From the NCBI GenBank assembly GCA_043228905.1, contig JBHGNT010000006.1, positions 11,780,001-11,844,000 of the forward strand: 64,000 bases of DNA, read 5' to 3'. Position numbers and translations under genes: made by a program. Each line of letters begins with the position of its first letter. Positions within the stretch are counted from its first letter, which is position 1. This document shows positions 1 to 14,048 of the stretch, piece by piece. The notes beneath the pieces are model-generated. The model ran no database searches. It was not told the DNA's origin and saw only the letters and a list, made by a program, of their open reading frames with translations. The DNA is from Azolla caroliniana (taxonomy: Eukaryota > Plantae > Polypodiophyta).

Positions 1-1950
1 AGCCGATCTGCTTATACCAAAGATCGATATCCGATTCAATCTTCTATCCTTTGGCAAACATGGCAGTGCCGACTTCATTAGTGTTGAGGATGAGCATCCT
101 CCCTTCTTTGTGCCCTTGCGCGATTATTCGGCCTTCTTCCTCGATGAAACACCCGAGGTGCGTAAACCGCACCTGAATCCCCTGGTCAACGATTTGTCCG
201 ACCGACACCAGGTTCTTTGTGATTGTCGAAACGTGTAATACGTTTATCAGCTTCCTCCTCTATCCGACATGTTTCAAAGGCACTTCTCCAACATGCACAA
301 TCGGGTGAGGAGTGTCGTCTCTTGTTTTGACAACTCTCGGTTGATCTGGTTTCTCTAGAAAAGAGAACCAGTCTTTGTGGCTCGTCATGTGGTTCGACGC
401 ACCGGAATCAACGTACCATACTTCCTCCGATTTGGAAGTAGTCTTCTACATCGAGTTAGCCTTGTGCTTCACCACGAAGGCTGGCCCTTTACCGGTCTTC
501 CCGGTTTTGGATCCTTCCGATCCTTCTACGTAGTGCGAGCTTTACCGGTTTTCCCGGATCCGGATTTGTCCGAATCGGCGCGCTTCTTCCAACACTTGCT
601 TTCCCTGTGGCCCTTTTGCCATAGTACTAGCATTCTGTGTCAGCTTTTCCTTGCTGACTTCCGGTGCCGCTTTGACTCCCCTTGCTTGTGGAGGGTTCGG
701 AACTGCTGTTGGCACCATCTCTGTGCCTTCAATATGCTCTTGTTGGCTGCCTCCATTGCGTGCTGACCCACCTCGTCAACCACGTCCATGGGGCTGATCT
801 GTCTCCGTGTACAACATCCGACCGTCCGATTGAGTGGTCCTCGAGCCATTCGCGTGGTTTTCTTCGACCATCAGCATTGATTGCAAGTCGAAGAAAGACG
901 GTAGCTTCTCCTGGGTGCAGATCGCTGTCCGGATTGGCCCGTACCTTTGTGCTAGACCACCAAGGCAGATTTGTACCATCTCGTCCTTGTCCATCGTCAC
1001 GTTGATGGACCCGAGTGAGTCACAAATCTCCTTTATCTTGGTGGTGTAATCTGTAACCGACATGTCTCTTTGTCGGATGTTGTTCAACACTTGCCGAAGC
1101 TGGAACTTACGGGCTGTGGTACTCGCGGCGAAAATCTTCCTCAGATTTCCCCAGGTCTCCTTCGGCGTTTTTGCATCCTTTATGTAGCCAAGCATCTGGT
1201 CGTGCACATAGGACCCAGCTTGCTCCTTGCTCCCATACTCGTGTGCTGGCTCCGGCGCTACCTCATTCGTTCATTCCACGAAGCTCCAATATCCATGCCC
1301 CAACAGGTACTGGTGCATTTTGTATGACGAGGACGCGTAGTTGCTTTGATCGAGCTTCTCTATTGGAAGTGAACTCGCCATTCCTCTATCCATATCTTCT
1401 CTCCTTCTGTTGTTACCGGGTTCTAGGGTTCGTCTACGAAAGCAAGTGTCGACTACAGAGGTTCTCAACCCTCGCACTTTGATACCATGTCAATGTTAAT
1501 GTACAAAAGCGTTAGACAGAACCGGCTCAACCGGGTAGCAACAGAGAATAAGATGAAGGTTTAATGGAGAAGGTTAATACACAAAGAGTATACGCGGGAG
1601 AGACATAGAGAGCAGAACGTAAAGTAGATTCAAAAAATGAAAACACTCTGTAACTCTGTACATACAATGTGCTAAAACAACACTATTTATACAAATCCAT
1701 AAAGGATTGACAGAAATACTGACAGGTACTTCAATATTCCTACGTGTGAGTGACACTAACTACGAGATAATAATTACCTAGTAGTCTAGGCTACTACTAG
1801 GCTTCCGGTTCCCGCTCGAATCTGGTTCGCCGATGCGGCCGGTTGTTTCCGGATACCATTCGGATACTGATCCGGCTCATCCTCCCGGATGCCGATCCGG
1901 CTCTGGCTTATTCAGCCGATTTGGATCCGGTTGAGCTTGCTTGCTCAACA
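1..1950 (-). mobile_element. Ty1/copia LTR retrotransposon A1, 5' part (5' LTR, PBS, gag, protease); continues off the left edge
   Basis: LTR 1488-1950 with TG...CA ends whose start resembles the A2 LTR start; Met-type PBS at 1474-1487; gag MDRGMASSLPIEKLD... close to A2 gag; WYVDSGASNHM protease motif near 385-420; frameshifts present. Confidence 0.9.
1488..1950 (-). repeat. 5' LTR of Copia A1
   Basis: Directly adjacent to the PBS; minus-strand start TGTTGAGCAAGCAAGCTCAA resembles A2 start TGTTGAGAGACAAGCTCAA. Confidence 0.8.
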
Positions 1951-4900
1951 CCTCCCTGTATAGAAAGACCCCAATCATACGCCCAACGGGAAAATGTAAA
2001 GTGTGCGGTATGCCATGGCCATCACATGGGGCATGAGTGCCCCCTCCTCCACCAACGACGGCCACAATACTATAAGTGGTGCAAAGATTTTGTGATGCAT
2101 TCTCAAGAGAACTGTTGGCAAACCCCAAACGGATGGTATAGCTAAACACCAATGGTGGAGCACTCACGCTCACCTCCACCGCTTAGTCTCCAACAACTAC
2201 CAGCAATACTTCCCCAACAACCCCAACAACCCCCACTACCGCGTATCGGCACTCGCCTCGCCGAAATAGAATATACCATCGATAACCAAACCTAGGTCGG
2301 GGGGAGCGCTCCCGAATACGAAGACTCATACCGAGAGTATGGTGTTGAAGAAGAGGTGCTTTCCCACTTTATAGACTTCGAAGGTGACCGAATACTAGTG
2401 TACGTCTTGAGAGGGGAACAATGGGAGCTGTTGATGGGATATCGCAATGATAATGGTCTAAGGAGGCCAGAATTGAAATGTTTCAATTGGCAAGGCCCAC
2501 ACATAGTTAGCGAGTGCCCAACCAAACATGAGTACTACAACCGGATGACACAACGACCACGACACCCCACACTTGAAACACCCCCACAACCACTGGTACA
2601 AAATCTCACCCAACAGTCACACGACCTTCTCGAGTGGTTCCAACGAGAAGCGTCATGCCTAGGGTGTGGTAAAGAGCACTTAGTACCTGATTGCCCAGAA
2701 AAAAAGAAATGGGTTGGCACAAATCTATTATCTATCGTACCCTCAACGGTAGGTGCAAACGTCATCACACGAGCTTAGAGAGTAGGTCATAACTTAAAGT
2801 ATCACAACCAAGGCCTCCCCACGACTACGCGTAAGAGATGAAAATCCAAAAAACATGCATCCACGCAGGCCTCAAAGCAAGATCAAGAACCAGAGGGAGA
2901 CGTAGAAACAATACCCGTCAACCCTAACCAAGAGTTGCCAAAACACCTAACAACATATCCGAACCCAATGACTGAAAAACAAAAGGTCGAAGAGTACATC
3001 AATTTTATATGATACGAACAATACGAAAGATCTCTTAGCCTCCCGAGCCTAAACTTCGACCAGCTCGAAGAATGGGTCAATCGTCCACCCTAACACATGG
3101 ATACACCCCCCCCTCGTTGTAACACCAACCGACACCCCCATCCCCCAATCTACCCCAATCAATGAAGTCAAACAGCCTTGCTCTACCAAATATTAAATTT
3201 AAAATTACGACTCACATTACGCGAAGTACAAAGTTACACCGACATCTTCGTGATTGACAACCCCCAATTGCGAGCTATACTCGCCAAGGAAATAGAGTTC
3301 ACACTTGAAGAGCTGCTCAAACTCAACATCCAACCATGACATGACGTGCTTCGCCACCTCAATGGAGGCCTATCAACAGGTTATGGAGAAAAAATACACA
3401 CCCACATTCCTCATACCACCATAGTCCCCAAACAACCCGAAGGAACACAGATAGATATATGTGAAGCTCACTTCGAGAGCGACGATACTAGTTTCACTCT
3501 CCCCGTTTGCATCAACGGCACGACGTGTGACACGATCATTGACACCGGAGCAGGGGTAAGTATAGTCAACTACGAATGTTGGTGTAAGTTGGGGAACCCA
3601 AAAATGCTTCCTTCGGACGTCAAACTCCGAATGGCCGATGGGTCCATCCAACGGCCAAAAGGCATCATCCCTGCGCACCACTTCACTATCCACAGGGTCG
3701 AGTTCAATCTCACCTTCGTCGTCACAAGATCATCCAATCATGTGGCTTACGAGTGTTTATTAGGGAGACCATTCCTACGTGTAAGCCGCCTTGTGATGGA
3801 TTTCGGGAACGATACAATCTATATGCGTAAAAACAACAAAACCTTTCACATCAAAGCATACACACAAAAAGTCCACGAACAAGAAGGCAGCCCTATCGTG
3901 GAGGACTGCTCAGAAACCACCTAGTTTGAGACCAACCTCCTAGCTATAGTTCAAATCTTGGCTAGGGGTCAACTGTTTCCCCAAAAATCCACTAATCCTA
4001 GAGCAGGGAATGCGCGAGAAGACCAATCCGTAGCGTCCGATGCGTCAGAGATGAATTGGGTGCACGCTCTCGCCACGACTGACGCAATGTACCCCATTGG
4101 TACAAAGTGTCACGATGAGGATGGAGACACGATCTCGTGTTTTAATGTCATCACTCTCGTACCCCAATAGAAACCAGTAGACGTAAAAGACGCAGACCTC
4201 GCACAATGAATCACGTGTCAGGAAGAGGATGTGACCACACGGAAGACCCCGACGGAGGTGGACTTCTCGGAGCAATTCAAACTCTATGAACAAGGGAGTA
4301 GGTCAGTGGTCTGTAAAAGACCACAACGCACCCCTAACATCCTAGGCGAGGCATGTGACGGACCGGTGAGAGTTAAGGAAATCAATCTCGGAAATCAGAT
4401 GAACCCCAAACCAATGTTCATCGCCACAGATCTCCAACCGGATGAGGAGACGTCCTTGATCACCCTCCTCACGGAATTTAGCGATGTGTTTGCATGGTTG
4501 TATGTAGATATTAAAGGTGTCCCGGCCGAAGTCATCACCCATAGCATCCCCATGCAAGCCGAAGCCCGCCCAATCCGACAAAGACCACACCCAATGAACC
4601 CCAACTACGCTCAACAAGTAATAGCCGAAATCAATAAAATGCTAGACGCAGTCATCATCTACCTGATCGAGCGAACAACTTGGGTTTCCCCGATCGTAGT
4701 CGTCCTGAAGAAGAATGGCCAAATCCGCATATATGTAGACTACCGCCAAGTCAACGAAGACACCATCAAGGACAACTACCTGGTACCCTACATCGAGCAC
4801 TTACTCAAAAGAATCGCGGGAGCAGAAGCCTATAGCTTCATCGATGGGTTCTAGGGGTACAACCAAATCTCGGTGGTGCCCGAGGATCAACACAAGACAA

Positions 4901-6463
4901 CTTTTGCCACCGAATTTGGTACGTTCGCATATAAGCAAATGCCTTTCGGGCTCACAAGTGCCCTGAGCACCTATTAAAGGGCAGCGGACCACATCTTCGC
5001 GGCAAGGTTACGACAAGGGGTGAAGTCCTATGTCGAAGATTTATGTTGCCATTCGAAATGGCATGACCACCTGGCACTACTCCGCTTGATGTTTGAAAAG
5101 TGCAGAGACTATCAACTCTCCCTCAACCCCCTCAAGTACCAATTTTGGGTCAAACACGGACTCATATTAGGTCATGTTGTGTCCCGACATGGGATCTCGA
5201 CCGATGAGGCAAAAGTAAAGCTCATCCTTGACATGCCACCTCCCACGAACAAGAAACAACTTCAAGGGTTCATGGGGTACGCGGGTTACTATCGACGCTT
5301 CATCAAGTTGTTCGCAGACAAAGCCAGACCACTCTATGCCTTACTAAAGCAGTACACCTGGATGGAAGACTGCACCCACTCGTTCAAGCTCTTGAAAGAG
5401 TGCCTAACTAAGGCCCCCATCCTCTGATCCCTAGACTGGACCAAAGAATTCCACGTCCACACCGATGCTTCCACCTTCGCGATTGGTGCAGTGCGAGCTC
5501 AACCTGGTGATGGGGCACTCGACCTACCGATAACCTTCGCTAGTCGTCAACTGAACGCCGCAGAACGAAATTACTCCACGACGGAACGAGAAGCTTTGGC
5601 CATGGTTTACAACGTGAAAAAGTTCCGACATTACCTCTTGGCGTCACGTTTCTCATTTTTTGTAGATCATCAAGCCCTCCTCTACTTGGTAAACAAAACT
5701 CACACCATAGGATGCATATCACGATGGATCGTAACGTTACTCGAGTTCGACTTCAAGGTGGTGGTGAGAAAAGGAAAAGACCATGTACTCGCCGATCATT
5801 TCTCCCGAATACAAAATGGAGAAGAAGCCACTGAGGTTGACAACGAAATGCCAGATGCAACATTATTCACGATCGACACCGTACCATCATGGGCATCAAA
5901 CATTGTTCGCGTCTTAACCGAAGGGGCGTCCTTCCTAAAACAACTAAACCGGGCACATGCACGTGTCTTGTTAAGGAAATGTGGCCCCTTCACGATGCTC
6001 ACATGCCACTTGTACCGAAGAGGCAACGATGATGTACTTCAGAGGTGTGTAACGGACCATGATGTTTTCGCCATCCTCGAACAAGCTCATTGCGGAAGCG
6101 GAAGCAGTCATTTCAATCATGAGGTCACCGCACACAAGATCCTCCAGTCCGACCTATGGTGGCCAACACTATTCAAAGACACATACGAGTATGTACGCCA
6201 ATGTGATGAGTTCCAGTGTTTCAAACATCCGTTAAAAGCGGATTTCAACACATTAAACCCGGTGGTGGCATGGCAGCCGTTTGAGAAATGGGGAATCGAC
6301 TTTATCGGCCCAATCAGCCTAGCTTCCAACCTCAATCGATACATAATAATTGCCACTGACTAAGCTACCAAGTGGGTGGAAGCTAAAGCTTGCGTTAATG
6401 CCGACGCATGGCCAAATTCCTATACGAAAACGTCATATCACGGTTTGGATGTCCGCTCGAGAT
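1951..6463 (+). pseudogene. Degenerate Ty3/gypsy (Athila/Tat-like) element G1: gag knuckles, protease, RT, RNase H, integrase N-half
   Basis: CCHC-like knuckles 2004-2693; protease IIDTGAG (3346-3924); RT WVSPIVVV/YVDYR/FIDGF (4231-5427); RNase H HTDAS...NYSTTEREAL; integrase zinc-binding region and WGIDFIGP; many stops; cut at CPLEI by the hAT. Confidence 0.92.
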
Positions 6464-6866
6464 TAGGGATCGACAACGGTTCGGTTTACGGGTTTTCAAA
6501 CCTGAGCCGAACCAAACCGAACCGATCCCTATACCGGTTTGGGATAAACCGGTTTATGAACCGGCTTGGTAAACGGCTTGTAAACCGGTTTTGTGAACTT
6601 CATTACACAATTGTATTTCAATTTATCATTGAACTTTATAACACAATTTATCATTGAACAATCCCCCTCCAATATGCTCCAAATGTAGAATGGTTACAAG
6701 GCTTAGAGAAAAACAACAAGAAAACATAAAATGAGAAATGCAAGGCAAATTTAACTAATAGATATTTAAAGAAAAACAACGAGAAAAAATTGACTATTCC
6801 AAAAATGTTAACTATTCCAATAATTGATCGTCATAATTGTCCCAAGTCATAATATTCCAAAAAAAA

Positions 6867-7041
6867 TCACTTGTCCAAGTATAAGTATTCAATAACATCA
6901 TCCTCTGCAATAATCTCTTCTAAATTGATATCTAAAGTATCATATGCATCATTAATATCTTCAGGAATTGGAATATTAACACTATCAAGTAGATCTATCC
7001 AAGATCGTATGCACATCTTTGCCTTGAAAGTGCATGAATGC
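6867..7041 (-). pseudogene. hAT transposase C-terminus, separated from the rest by Copia B1
   Basis: Removing B1 and one AATGC joins ...EDRQQLH to SCTFKAKMCIRSW..., the end of a hAT dimerization domain. Confidence 0.85.
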
Positions 7042-7779
7042 TGTTGAACACAGTGCTCGGCCACAACCGAGGAATAGGATCAACTCACAGAAAACAGGAA
7101 ATACAAGATGCACGAAGACAATAGAGAGAAGAGTACACAGGATGTTTTACGTGGAAAACCCTAAATGGGAAAAACCACGGGAGTCCTCAAACTCCAACTA
7201 TCACTATAAACAGAGATGTACAATGGTGAAGCTACAAAGCAACAACCTTGAGCTCACTGTCTTCGCCACAGGCGGCGGCAATACACAGAGGCAACGACCT
7301 CTTCGTCTGTCTCTCTCTCTCTCTCGGCTGCTCTCACTTCTCTCCCTCTAAAAGGAAAAACAGAAAATGAGCAACAACAACCAGCCACAGGAACAGTTTG
7401 CCCTAAGTCATATTTATACACATATGACTTTCGGGCTATTTACAAATATAGCCTCAAGGGCCCTTGGCAAACATATTCACAGATATGTCCCCGCATCCGG
7501 ATCTCTCTCCGGGTACATTCGTCATCCGGCTCCGTAGCCGGGGTCTTCATCATCCGGCTCCGTAGCCGGGGTCTTCTTCATCCGGCTCCGTAGCCGGGGT
7601 CTTCATCATCCGGCTCCGTAGCCGGGGTCTTCTTCATCCGGCTCCGTAGCCGGGGTCTTCTTCATCCGGCTCCGTAGCCGGGGTCTTCATCATCCGGCTC
7701 CGTAACCGCAACCGGGCTTGCCGTCATTCATTTCCGGACATCCCATCCGGAGGGACCGAAATCCCAACAAACTCCCCCT

Positions 7780-8454
7780 TCACTTCGGCATGGGATGTCT
7801 TTCCAGTCCGACCTTCTTCCGGCACGCTTCCAGCTTGTCGGGTGTGAGCACTTTGGTCAGCATGTCTGACCCGTTTTCGTCCGTGTGGATCTTCGTCAGC
7901 ACGAACTCCTGGTCTTCTATCCTTTCCCGGATCCAGTGATATCTTCGCTGGATGTGCTTCGTCCGGGAGTGATAGGCCGCGTTCTTCGCAAGGTGGATGG
8001 CACTCTGACTGTCACAGTAGAGTCGGAACTCCTCCTGCCGGATACCGAGCTCTCTAATGAAGTCCTTCATCCATATTATTTCCTTGCCGGCTTCAACAGC
8101 CGCCATGTACTCCGCCTCCGTGGTTGACAATGCAACCGTCTTCTGCAGCCTCGACTGCCACGAGACAGCTCCCCCTGCATACGTCATCACATACCCAGAT
8201 GTGGACCGGCTGGTATCTGCATCAGCCGACATATCCGAGTCGGTAAAGCCGTCGAGTTCGGGCTTACAGGAGCCGAATCGGAGGCACACGTTTGCCGTGC
8301 CCTTCAGGTATCGGAGTATCCACTTGACCGCGTTCCAGTGCTCTTTGCCGGGATTGCTCATGTACCGGCTCACCACTCCGACTGCATATCCTATGTCCGG
8401 TCTTGTACATACCATTGCGTACATCAAGCTTCCGACGGCGGAGGCATATGGTAC
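7780..8454 (-). pseudogene. B1 pol 3' part (end of RT and RNase H)
   Basis: YASAVGSLMYAMVCTRPDI...TVALSTTEAEY...HSRTKHI, ending at the PPT; continuous with 14049 once B2 is removed. Confidence 0.93.
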
Positions 8455-8885
8455 TGTTGGGATTTCGGTCCCTCCGGATGGGATGTCCGGAGATGAATGA
8501 CGGCAAGCCCGGTTGCGGTTACGGAACCGGATGATGAATAGTACCCGGCGTGAAGCCGGATGAAGAGACCCTGACTACGGAGCCGGATGCTGAAGACCCC
8601 GGTTACGGAGCCGGATGACGAAGACCCGGCTACGGAGCCGGATGCTGAAGACCCCGGTTACGGAGCCGGATGATGAAGGTCCCGGTTACGGAGCCGGATG
8701 ACGAATGTACCCGGAGAGAGATCCGGATGCGGGGACATATTTGTGAATATGTTTGCCAAGAGCCCCTTGAGGCTATATTTGTAAATAGCCCGAAAGTCAT
8801 ATGTGTATAAATATGACTTAGGGCAAACAGTTTTTTGTTGTTGCTTAATTTTCTGTTTTCCACACAGAGAGAGTGAAGCGAGCAG

Positions 8886-8916
<31 letters not shown>

Positions 8917-11900
8917 GAGGAGGTCGTTGCCTCTGTGTATTACCGCCGCCTGTGGCGAAGACAGTGAGCTCAAGGTTGTTGCCTTGAAGCTTCACCATTG
9001 TACATCTCTGTTCATAGTGATAGTTGGAGTTTGAGGACTCCCGTGGTTTTTCCCATTTAGGGTTTTCCACGTAAAATATCCTGTGTACTCTTCTCTCTAT
9101 TGTCTTTGCGTACTTTGTATTTCCTATTTTCTGTGAGTTGATCCTATTCCTCGGTTGTGGCCGAGCGCGGTTTTTCAACAAAGTGGTATCAGAGCACGGT
9201 AACACAGAAAATGGAAGGCGGCGGTAGTGGGCCTCCGGGCATGATGGTGCTGAATGCACAGAACTACGCCGACTGGAAGATAAAGATGGAGGATCTGCTC
9301 ATTGTTCGGGACCTATATGAACCGATCGACAGGTCGGAAATTCCCAAGGGGGTACTTGAGACGGAATGGAGGCTCTTGAACCGGAAAGCCGTAGCGACGA
9401 TCCGGCAATATGTCGATGTAAGCGTCCTACAACATGTGGCGAACGACACCAACGCATATGAGATGTGGAAGAAGCTGTCGGGCCTCTACGAGAGGAAGAA
9501 TGCGTTGAACCGGACCTCCCTGATGAGGAAGATAGTGAACCTCAAGTACCGGGACGGCGAGAGTATGGTGGAACACGTAAGCACGTTCATGGGATTCGTG
9601 AACCAGCTTGCGGCGATCAAGTTCCCGTTGGAGGATGCAATGCAAGCCATCATTCTGATGTGTACATTGCCGGAAAGCTGGGAGAACTTGGTGGTGACTC
9701 TCAGCACCTCCTGCACCGAAGATAACTTGTCTCTACAAACGGTAAAGACAAGTATTTTGAACGAAGAAGCGCGTCGGAGAGATAAAGAACCGGCCTCCGA
9801 CTCGAAGGCGCTGCTTACCGAATCGGAACGGGGAAGACAACGGAACCGGAGTCCGCAGAGACGGGAGAAGTCAGGGACCCGGTCGCAGTCAAGAGGAAGG
9901 CCCACATGCTTCCATTGTGGGAAGCCGGGGCACTTCCGGAAGAATTGTCGGCATTACCGAAAAGACAACGGAGCCGTCGACACCGATTCGAAGAAGTCAC
10001 CGGAGCGAAACGGTGCATACCGGGGAGCCACGGACCGGAGAGGTCCGGATCGGCGAGGGCAGGACCGGAAAGGAACGACGGCACTCGCGACAAGTGAAGA
10101 AGAGATAATGCTCATTACCGAAGAGAAGGAGCTGAACCTTGCCGGTGAAGAGATGACCTGGGTGGTCGATTCCGGAGCGTCGTTCCACCTGACCCCGGAG
10201 AAGAAATACTTCTCATCCTACACAGCCGGGGAGCACGGCTGTGTCCGGATGGGAAATGAAGGTACATGCCGGATTGCCGGCATAGGAGACGTGTGGCTGA
10301 TGACATCAACCGGATGCAAGATGCTGCTGAAGGATGTCCGACACGTTCCGGAGGTTCGATTGAACCTGATTTCGGCCGGGAGGCTAGACGATGAAGGCTA
10401 CATGGGTAGCATCCGGAACGGTGTTATGAAGTTCAGCAAAGGGAGCCTGATAGTGGCTCGGGCCCGGAAGGTCAACACGCTGTACCTGATGAATTCCCGG
10501 CTATGTCCGGAGGAGCTGAACGTGGCAGCCGACACTGCCGGTGAGCTGTGGCACAAGAGACTGTGCCACATGAGTGAGAAGGGGATGAAGAGGCTTGCAG
10601 AAGACAACCTCATTCCAGTGAAGCATGTGCACCTGGAGAAGTGCACCGATTGCCTGGCCGGTAAGCAGAACCGAACCTCCTTCCACTCAAGGCCACCGAC
10701 GAGACGTAGCGCACCATTGGAGCTGGTGCACACTGACGTGTGTCAAGTAGAAACGAAGTCACATGGCGGAGCCCAGTACTTCGTGAGATTCATAGATGAT
10801 CACAGCCGGAAGCTGTGGACGGCACCGTTGAAGACAAAGGACCAAGTATTGTCCGTCTTTAAAGAACTCCACGCGAGAGTGGAAAGGGAATCCGGCAAGA
10901 AGCTGAAAGCGATACGAGCGGATAACGGAGGGGAATACCGGGGGCAGTTCCAGGAGTACTGTCGCTCGAAGGGAATCCGACTCGAGTTTACTGTGCCGAA
11001 GACGCCGGAACTGAACGGGCTGGCCGAGAGGATGAACCGGACCATAATGGAGAGGGTCCGGAGTATGCTGGCGCATGCGAAATTACCCAAGGGGTTTTGG
11101 GCTGAGGCAATGTCGACGGCGACATATGTGATAAACCGATCACCCTCAGTACCTTTGGACGGAGACACGCCGCAGAAAGTGTGGACCGGTAAGGAAGTGT
11201 CCTACCGGCATCTGAAGGTGTTCGGGTGTCTCGCATATGTGCATGTGGCAAAGGACCGGAGAGGAAAGCTAGATCCAAAGACCCGGCCATGCATATTCCT
11301 CGGTTACGGCGACGACGAGTTCGGCTACCGAGTATGGGACCCGGTCGACAAGAAGATATTCAGGAGTCGAGATATCATCTTCATGGAGGACAAGACACTC
11401 GCCGACTGGGAGTCGGAGAAGAAGATGAAGAGCTCCAAGTCGACCGGTGAGGATAAACTCTACGAGGAGCAGTCCCGACCGGCAAGGGACCGGTTAACAC
11501 TCGAAGATCCGGCCGAAGACGGTGAAGAAACAGAACCGGCCGAAGAAGATGAAAATGATACCGGAACCGGCCCCGATCCCGAAATGGATTCGGATGAAGA
11601 AGAATCGGAAGAACCGGTTACCGAAGCTCCCGAACGGAGATATCCTCTAAGAGAGAGAAGGGCCCCTCGGAGATTTCCGGAACCAGAGCACGTGTTGCTA
11701 ACCGACGAGGGGGAGCCGGAGAGCTTTGAAGAAGCGAAGCATGACACCCATAGCCGCAGGTGGTTAAGTGCCATGCAGGAGGAGATGGATTCCCTGCGTG
11801 AGAACCACACATATGAACTTGTGGAGTTGCCGAAAGGAAAACGGGCACTCCGTAACAAGTGGGTGTTCAAGCTGAAACCGGGAGATGCCGGAAACCCCCC

Positions 11901-14048
11901 GAGATACAAAGCCAGGATCGTGGTGAAGGGGTTTCAGCAGAAGAAGGGCGTCGACTTCGACGAGATATTTGCCCCGGTAGTGAAGATGACCTCCATCCGG
12001 ACGGTGCTGAGCATAGCGGCAAGCATGGACCTCGAGGTAGAACAGATGGATGTGAAGACGACATTCCTTCACGGTGACCTCGATGAAGAGATCTACATGA
12101 AGCAACCAGAAGGATTCGAGAAGAAAGGAAAGGAGCACCTGGTATGCCGGTTGAAGAAGAGCCTCTACGGTCTGAAGCAGGCTCCCCGGCAATGGTACCG
12201 AAAGTTCGACTCCTTCATGACAGACGAAGGGTACCACAAAACGCAGTCCGATCACTGCGTGTTTGTGAAGAAGTTCGAAGGAGGAGACTTTCTAATACTC
12301 CTCCTGTACGTGGACGACATGTTGATCGTCGGACGGGACCAGGTCAAGATACGGATGCTGAAGAAGGCTCTTCACCGAACCTTCTCAATGAAGGACTTGG
12401 GTCCGGCGAGGCAAATACTAGGGATGCACATCATCCGGGACCGGAAGAAGAAGCAGTTGTGGCTGTCACAGGAGAAGTACGTGACGAAGGTGCTTCACCG
12501 GTTCAACATGTCGGAAGCAAGACCGGTCGGATCGACCCTCCCGGCAAACTGCAAGCTGTCCAGCAAGCAAAGTCCCAAGACAAAGGCTGAAAAGGAGGAT
12601 ATGATGAAAGTGTCGTATGCCTCAGCCGTCGGGAGCTTGATGTACGCCATGGTGTGTACAAGACCGGACATAGGATATGCAGTCGGAGTGGTGAGCCGGT
12701 ACATGAGCAATCCCGGCAAAGAGCACTGGAACGCGGCCAAGTGGATACTCCGATACCTGAAGGGCACGACAAACGTGTGCCTCCGATTCGGCTCCGGTAA
12801 GCCCGAACTCGACGGCTTTACCGATTCGGATATGTCGGCTGATGCAGATACCAGCCGGTCTACATCAGGGTATGTGATGACGTATGCAGGGGGAGCTGTT
12901 TCGTGGCAGTCGAGGCTGCAGAAGGCGGAGTACATGGCGGCTGTTGAAGCCGGCAAGGAAATAATATGGATGAAGGACTTCACTAGAGAGCTCGGTATCC
13001 GGTAGGAGGAGTACCGACTCTACTGCGACAGTCAGAGTGCCATCCACCTTGCGAAGAATGCGGCCTATCACTCCCGGACGAAGCACATCCAGCGGAGATA
13101 CCACTGGATCCGGGAAAGGATAGAAGACAAGGAGTTCGTGCTGACGAAGATCCACACGGACGAGAACGGGTCGGATATGCTGACCAAGGTACTTACACCC
13201 GACAAGTTGGAAGCATGCCGGAAGAGGATCGGATTGGAGAGACATCCCATGCCGAAGTGAAGGGGGAGTTTGTTGGGATTTCGGTCCTTCCGGATGGGAT
13301 GTCCGGAGATGAATGACGGCAAGCCCGGTTGCGGTTACGGAACCGGATGATGAATAGTACCCGGCGTGAAGCCGGATGAAGAGACCCTGACTACGGAGCC
13401 GGATGCTGAAGACCCCGGTTACGGAGCCGGATGCTGAAGACCCCGGTTACGGAGCCGGATGACGAAGACCCGGCTACGGAGCCGGATGCTGAAGACCCCG
13501 GTTACGGAGCCGGATGACGAAGACCCGGCTACGGAGCCGGATGATGAAGATCCCGGTTACGGAGCCGGATGACGAATGTACCCGGAGAGAGATCCGGATG
13601 CGGGGACATATTTGTGAATATGTTTGCCAAGAGCCCTTGAGGCTATATTTGTAAATAGCCCGAAAGTCATATGTGTATAAATATGACTTAGGGCAAACAG
13701 TTTTTTGTTGTTGCTTAATTTTCTGTTTTCCACACAGAGAGAGTGAAGCGAGCAGCCGAGAGAGAGAGAGAGAGAGAGAGAGACGAGGAGGTCGTTGCCT
13801 CTGTGTATTACCGCCGCCTGTGGCGAAGACAGTGAGCTCAAGGTTGTTGCCTTGAAGCTTCACCATTGTACATCTCTGTTCATAGTGATAGTTGGAGTTT
13901 GAGGACTCCCGTGGTTTTTCCCATTTAGGGTTTTCCACGTAAAATATCCTGTGTACTCTTCTCTCTATTGTCTTTGCGTACTTTGTATTTCCTATTTTCT
14001 GTGAGTTGATCCTATTCCTCGGTTGTGGCCGAGCGCGGTTTTTCAACA
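8455..14048 (+). mobile_element. Full-length Ty1/copia element B2, same family as B1, inserted antiparallel into B1
   Basis: TSD GGTAC (8450-8454, 14049-14053); LTRs 8455-9180 and 13271-14048; PBS TGGTATCAGAGC 9184-9195; PPT before 13271. Confidence 0.97.
9211..13260 (+). pseudogene. B2 gag-pol polyprotein, open to a nonsense codon at 13003-13005
   Basis: About 1260 open codons with gag, PR, INT, RT; RNase H has a 24-bp deletion (TVALSTTE missing versus B1) and a CAG>TAG stop; natural stop at 13258-13260. Confidence 0.93.

Noticed and set aside
7518-7705. Regular 28-bp repeats resembling a CRISPR array (also near 8570, 13390, 17960, 33240, 40620)
   Set aside because: Head-to-tail with no unique spacers, inside LTRs, no cas genes, eukaryotic context.
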